Shown: positions 61,912 through 64,000 of the stretch, one piece after another | Numbering within the stretch: position 1 is the first letter of the stretch | Layout: each line of letters opens with the position of its first letter | Assembly (NCBI GenBank): GCA_018971045.1 | Contig: JAGWVF010000001.1 | Coordinates: 11,480 to 75,479 of the forward strand | DNA from: Patescibacteria group bacterium | Lineage (GTDB): Bacteria; Patescibacteriota; Minisyncoccia; Phycocordibacterales; Phycocordibacteraceae | Length of the DNA stretch: 64,000 nucleotides | Direction of reading: 5' to 3' | Made by a program: the position numbers and the translations under genes | The notes under the pieces: generated by a model | The model's input: only the letters and a program-made list of their open reading frames with translations | Database searches by the model: none | Told to the model about the DNA's origin: nothing

Positions 61912-62226
61912 ATGAGTTTCGAATCAGCGCCGCGCGGCCGCGAAGCACTCTCAACGGGAGAGGCGATCGCCGTGCAGATCCACTTGATGAAAGAAATGCT
62001 CCCTCCAAACCTTCAAATTGCCGTTGGAACCGGCGATGGAGAAAATGTGGGGATTGAAGATGCCCTTTTTGAGCGGTGGGCAGACAAATATTCAAAGCCG
62101 TTCAGTGATTTTTGCGACGAACACGCGGGAGAATCAGAGCTTATCGAGCACCTGAAGACCGACGCGCTCACTCCCGAAGAGACGGCAGAAGTGATCACCT
62201 ATCTCAGAGGAGACGATCGCCACTGA
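61912..62226 (+). CDS. Acidic hypothetical protein
   Basis: Fills the intergenic gap; -10-like TATAGT just upstream of the ATG. Confidence 0.55.
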   Translation: MSFESAPRGREALSTGEAIAVQIHLMKEMLPPNLQIAVGTGDGENVGIEDALFERWADKYSKPFSDFCDEHAGESELIEHLKTDALTPEETAEVITYLRGDDRH

Positions 62227-62340
62227 CTTATTTCCCGACTTGGTGCGAGCGCTCGACCGCACCTCATCTCGTTCGTCTCTTCAGTGGCGTATTCTGAAGA
62301 AAATATCGCGGCCTCTTCGAGGCCGCTCCTTCTTTCTTTA

Positions 62341-63870
62341 TTATCGTGCGAATTCGACCACGCGGTTCTCGCGGATGATATTCACCTTGATCTCGCCCGG
62401 ATACTTGAGCTCGTCCTGGATGCGCTTCGCGATGTCGCGCGCGAGAGTATGCATCGCGAGATCGGAGACCTTGCCAGGATTCACGAAGATGCGGATCTCG
62501 CGGCCCGCGGCGATCGCATAGACCTTCTCAACTCCTTCAAATCCGCCCGCGAGGCGTTCGAGATCGCCGAGGCGTTCGAGGTAGCGGTCGACGGTGTCGC
62601 GGCGCGCGCCGGGCCGCCCGCCCGAGATCGCATCGGCCACCTGAACGATGACGGCCTCGGGCGTCTCATACGGATATTCTTCGTGGTGCGACTGCATCGC
62701 CTGGATAATGCGGTAGTCCATGCCGAATTTCTCGAGAATACGCCGCCCGATCTCGACATGCGTTCCCTGCACCTCGTGGTCCACTGCCTTACCAATGTCG
62801 TGGAGCAGGGCGCCGGCGCGCGCGACGATCGGGTCGGCTCCGAGCTCGGTCGCGAGCATTCCCGCGAGGTGCGCCATCTCGATCGAGTGCGTAAGCACGT
62901 TCTGGCCGTAGCTCGTGCGGAAATGGAGCCGGCCAAGAAGCGCGATGAGCTTGGGGTCGAGGCCGATCACGCCCGCTTCGTACGCGGCGGCTTCGCCCTT
63001 CTGTTTGATAATATCGGCTATCTCGGCGCGCGTCTTCTCGACGATCTCTTCTATCTTGGCCGGTTGAATGCGGCCGTCGACAATGAGCTTTTCGAGCGCG
63101 ATCTTGGCGATGGCGCGGCGCAGAGGATCAAACGAGGAGAGGGTGATGCGGTCGGGAACGTCGTCAATGAGCACGTCGACGCCCGTCGCGCGTTCAAACG
63201 CCTTGATATTGCGCCCCTCTTTGCCGATAATTTTCCCCTTCACTTCTTCAGAGGGAATGGCGACCGAGAGCGACATCGTGTCGGTATTCACGGCGTTCCC
63301 GAGACGGTGGATGATGGAGGTGAGAATATTCTTCGCTTTGTCCTCGAGACGCTCGCGGCCGTGCGCCTCGAGCTTCTGAAGCCGGAGTAGAATTGAATCC
63401 TCATAGGCGCGCTCGATTTCCGCGAAAAGTTCCTCGCGCGCTTTTTCTTCAGTAAGGTGCGCGGCCTTGGCGAGCTCTCGGGTGCGCTCGATCGTGAGTT
63501 TATCGGTTTCTGATTTGGCGCGGACAGCCTGCTGTTCGCGCGCGCGCACTTCATCCTCCTTTTGGTCGAGATCCCGCTGGCGCGAATCAAGAAATTCCTC
63601 GCGCGCGGCGATCCTTTCCTCGCGCGCTCCGAGTTTGTCTTCGCGTTCTTCGATGGGCTCTAGACGCTCAGTTTCGATCACCTGGCCGCGGAACTGCGCT
63701 TCAGCGATGATCTTAGCCGCCCGTTCTTGCGCCTGGAGCAGTTTGTGTTTGATGTCGAGCTCGACGGAACCGCGGCTCGCGAGCCCGATAAGCACCCGGA
63801 GCACGTATCCGAGCGCGATGCCGCTGACGCCCGAGAGCGCGAGCATGATCAATATGATTTGGAGTGACAT
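62341..63870 (-). CDS. rny: Ribonuclease Y
   Basis: N-terminal TM, coiled coil, KH (KIIGKEGRNI), HD (LLHDIG), ADAISGGRPGAR. Confidence 0.96.
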   Translation of the reverse strand: MSLQIILIMLALSGVSGIALGYVLRVLIGLASRGSVELDIKHKLLQAQERAAKIIAEAQFRGQVIETERLEPIEEREDKLGAREERIAAREEFLDSRQRDLDQKEDEVRAREQQAVRAKSETDKLTIERTRELAKAAHLTEEKAREELFAEIERAYEDSILLRLQKLEAHGRERLEDKAKNILTSIIHRLGNAVNTDTMSLSVAIPSEEVKGKIIGKEGRNIKAFERATGVDVLIDDVPDRITLSSFDPLRRAIAKIALEKLIVDGRIQPAKIEEIVEKTRAEIADIIKQKGEAAAYEAGVIGLDPKLIALLGRLHFRTSYGQNVLTHSIEMAHLAGMLATELGADPIVARAGALLHDIGKAVDHEVQGTHVEIGRRILEKFGMDYRIIQAMQSHHEEYPYETPEAVIVQVADAISGGRPGARRDTVDRYLERLGDLERLAGGFEGVEKVYAIAAGREIRIFVNPGKVSDLAMHTLARDIAKRIQDELKYPGEIKVNIIRENRVVEFAR

Positions 63871-64000
63871 ACGCCCGTGTAGTTATCCCTCGCCCGGGAA
63901 GGGGAGAGAGGAGGGGGTTTAAAGAGAGGAGAGACGGAAAGGCGTCCGGAGCGGTCAGTCTGTCAGGCGGTATAGGGAGATAGTACGGTTAGTTGAAGAC

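Noticed and set aside
63875-64000. Purine/pyrimidine-skewed tract upstream of rny as 6S RNA or a riboswitch
   Set aside because: Cut by the window edge, and no convincing structure could be drawn

Overview
This window looks like the core chromosome of a GC-rich Patescibacteria (CPR, Parcubacteria-like) bacterium; the taxonomy is inferred from gene content, protein style and the intron-bearing rRNA. Positions 1-12.8 kb hold the str/S10/spc ribosomal cluster on the minus strand, interrupted by an RsiV/PdaC-like gene and an ORFan. Positions 13-39 kb hold envelope proteins and housekeeping genes (rsmA, UvrD/PcrA, LysM-M23, ComM, rpsO, Xer, xth, pyrH, secDF, folD, glycosyltransferases, rodA). Positions 39.3-43.8 kb hold a 23S-5S unit with no 16S in front of it, two group I introns (L2593; L1931 with a LAGLIDADG ORF) and an aberrant tRNA. 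A cluster of parS-like palindromes lies in and around the CCA-adding enzyme gene, followed by four tRNAs. Beside tRNA-Gly is a ~9.6 kb island bounded by an 18-bp near-perfect direct repeat. It carries a large serine recombinase, an IS256 remnant and the strongest candidate for a new system: an operon of a divergent SAM halogenase/hydrolase, a TauD-type oxygenase, IleRS and a GTP cyclohydrolase II-HAD fusion (with an in-frame amber codon), facing an MccF-like S66 peptidase. This resembles a pathway for an aminoacyl-nucleoside (aaRS inhibitor) with self-immunity. The window ends with rarA, HU and rny. All calls come from reading motifs by eye; no searches were run.
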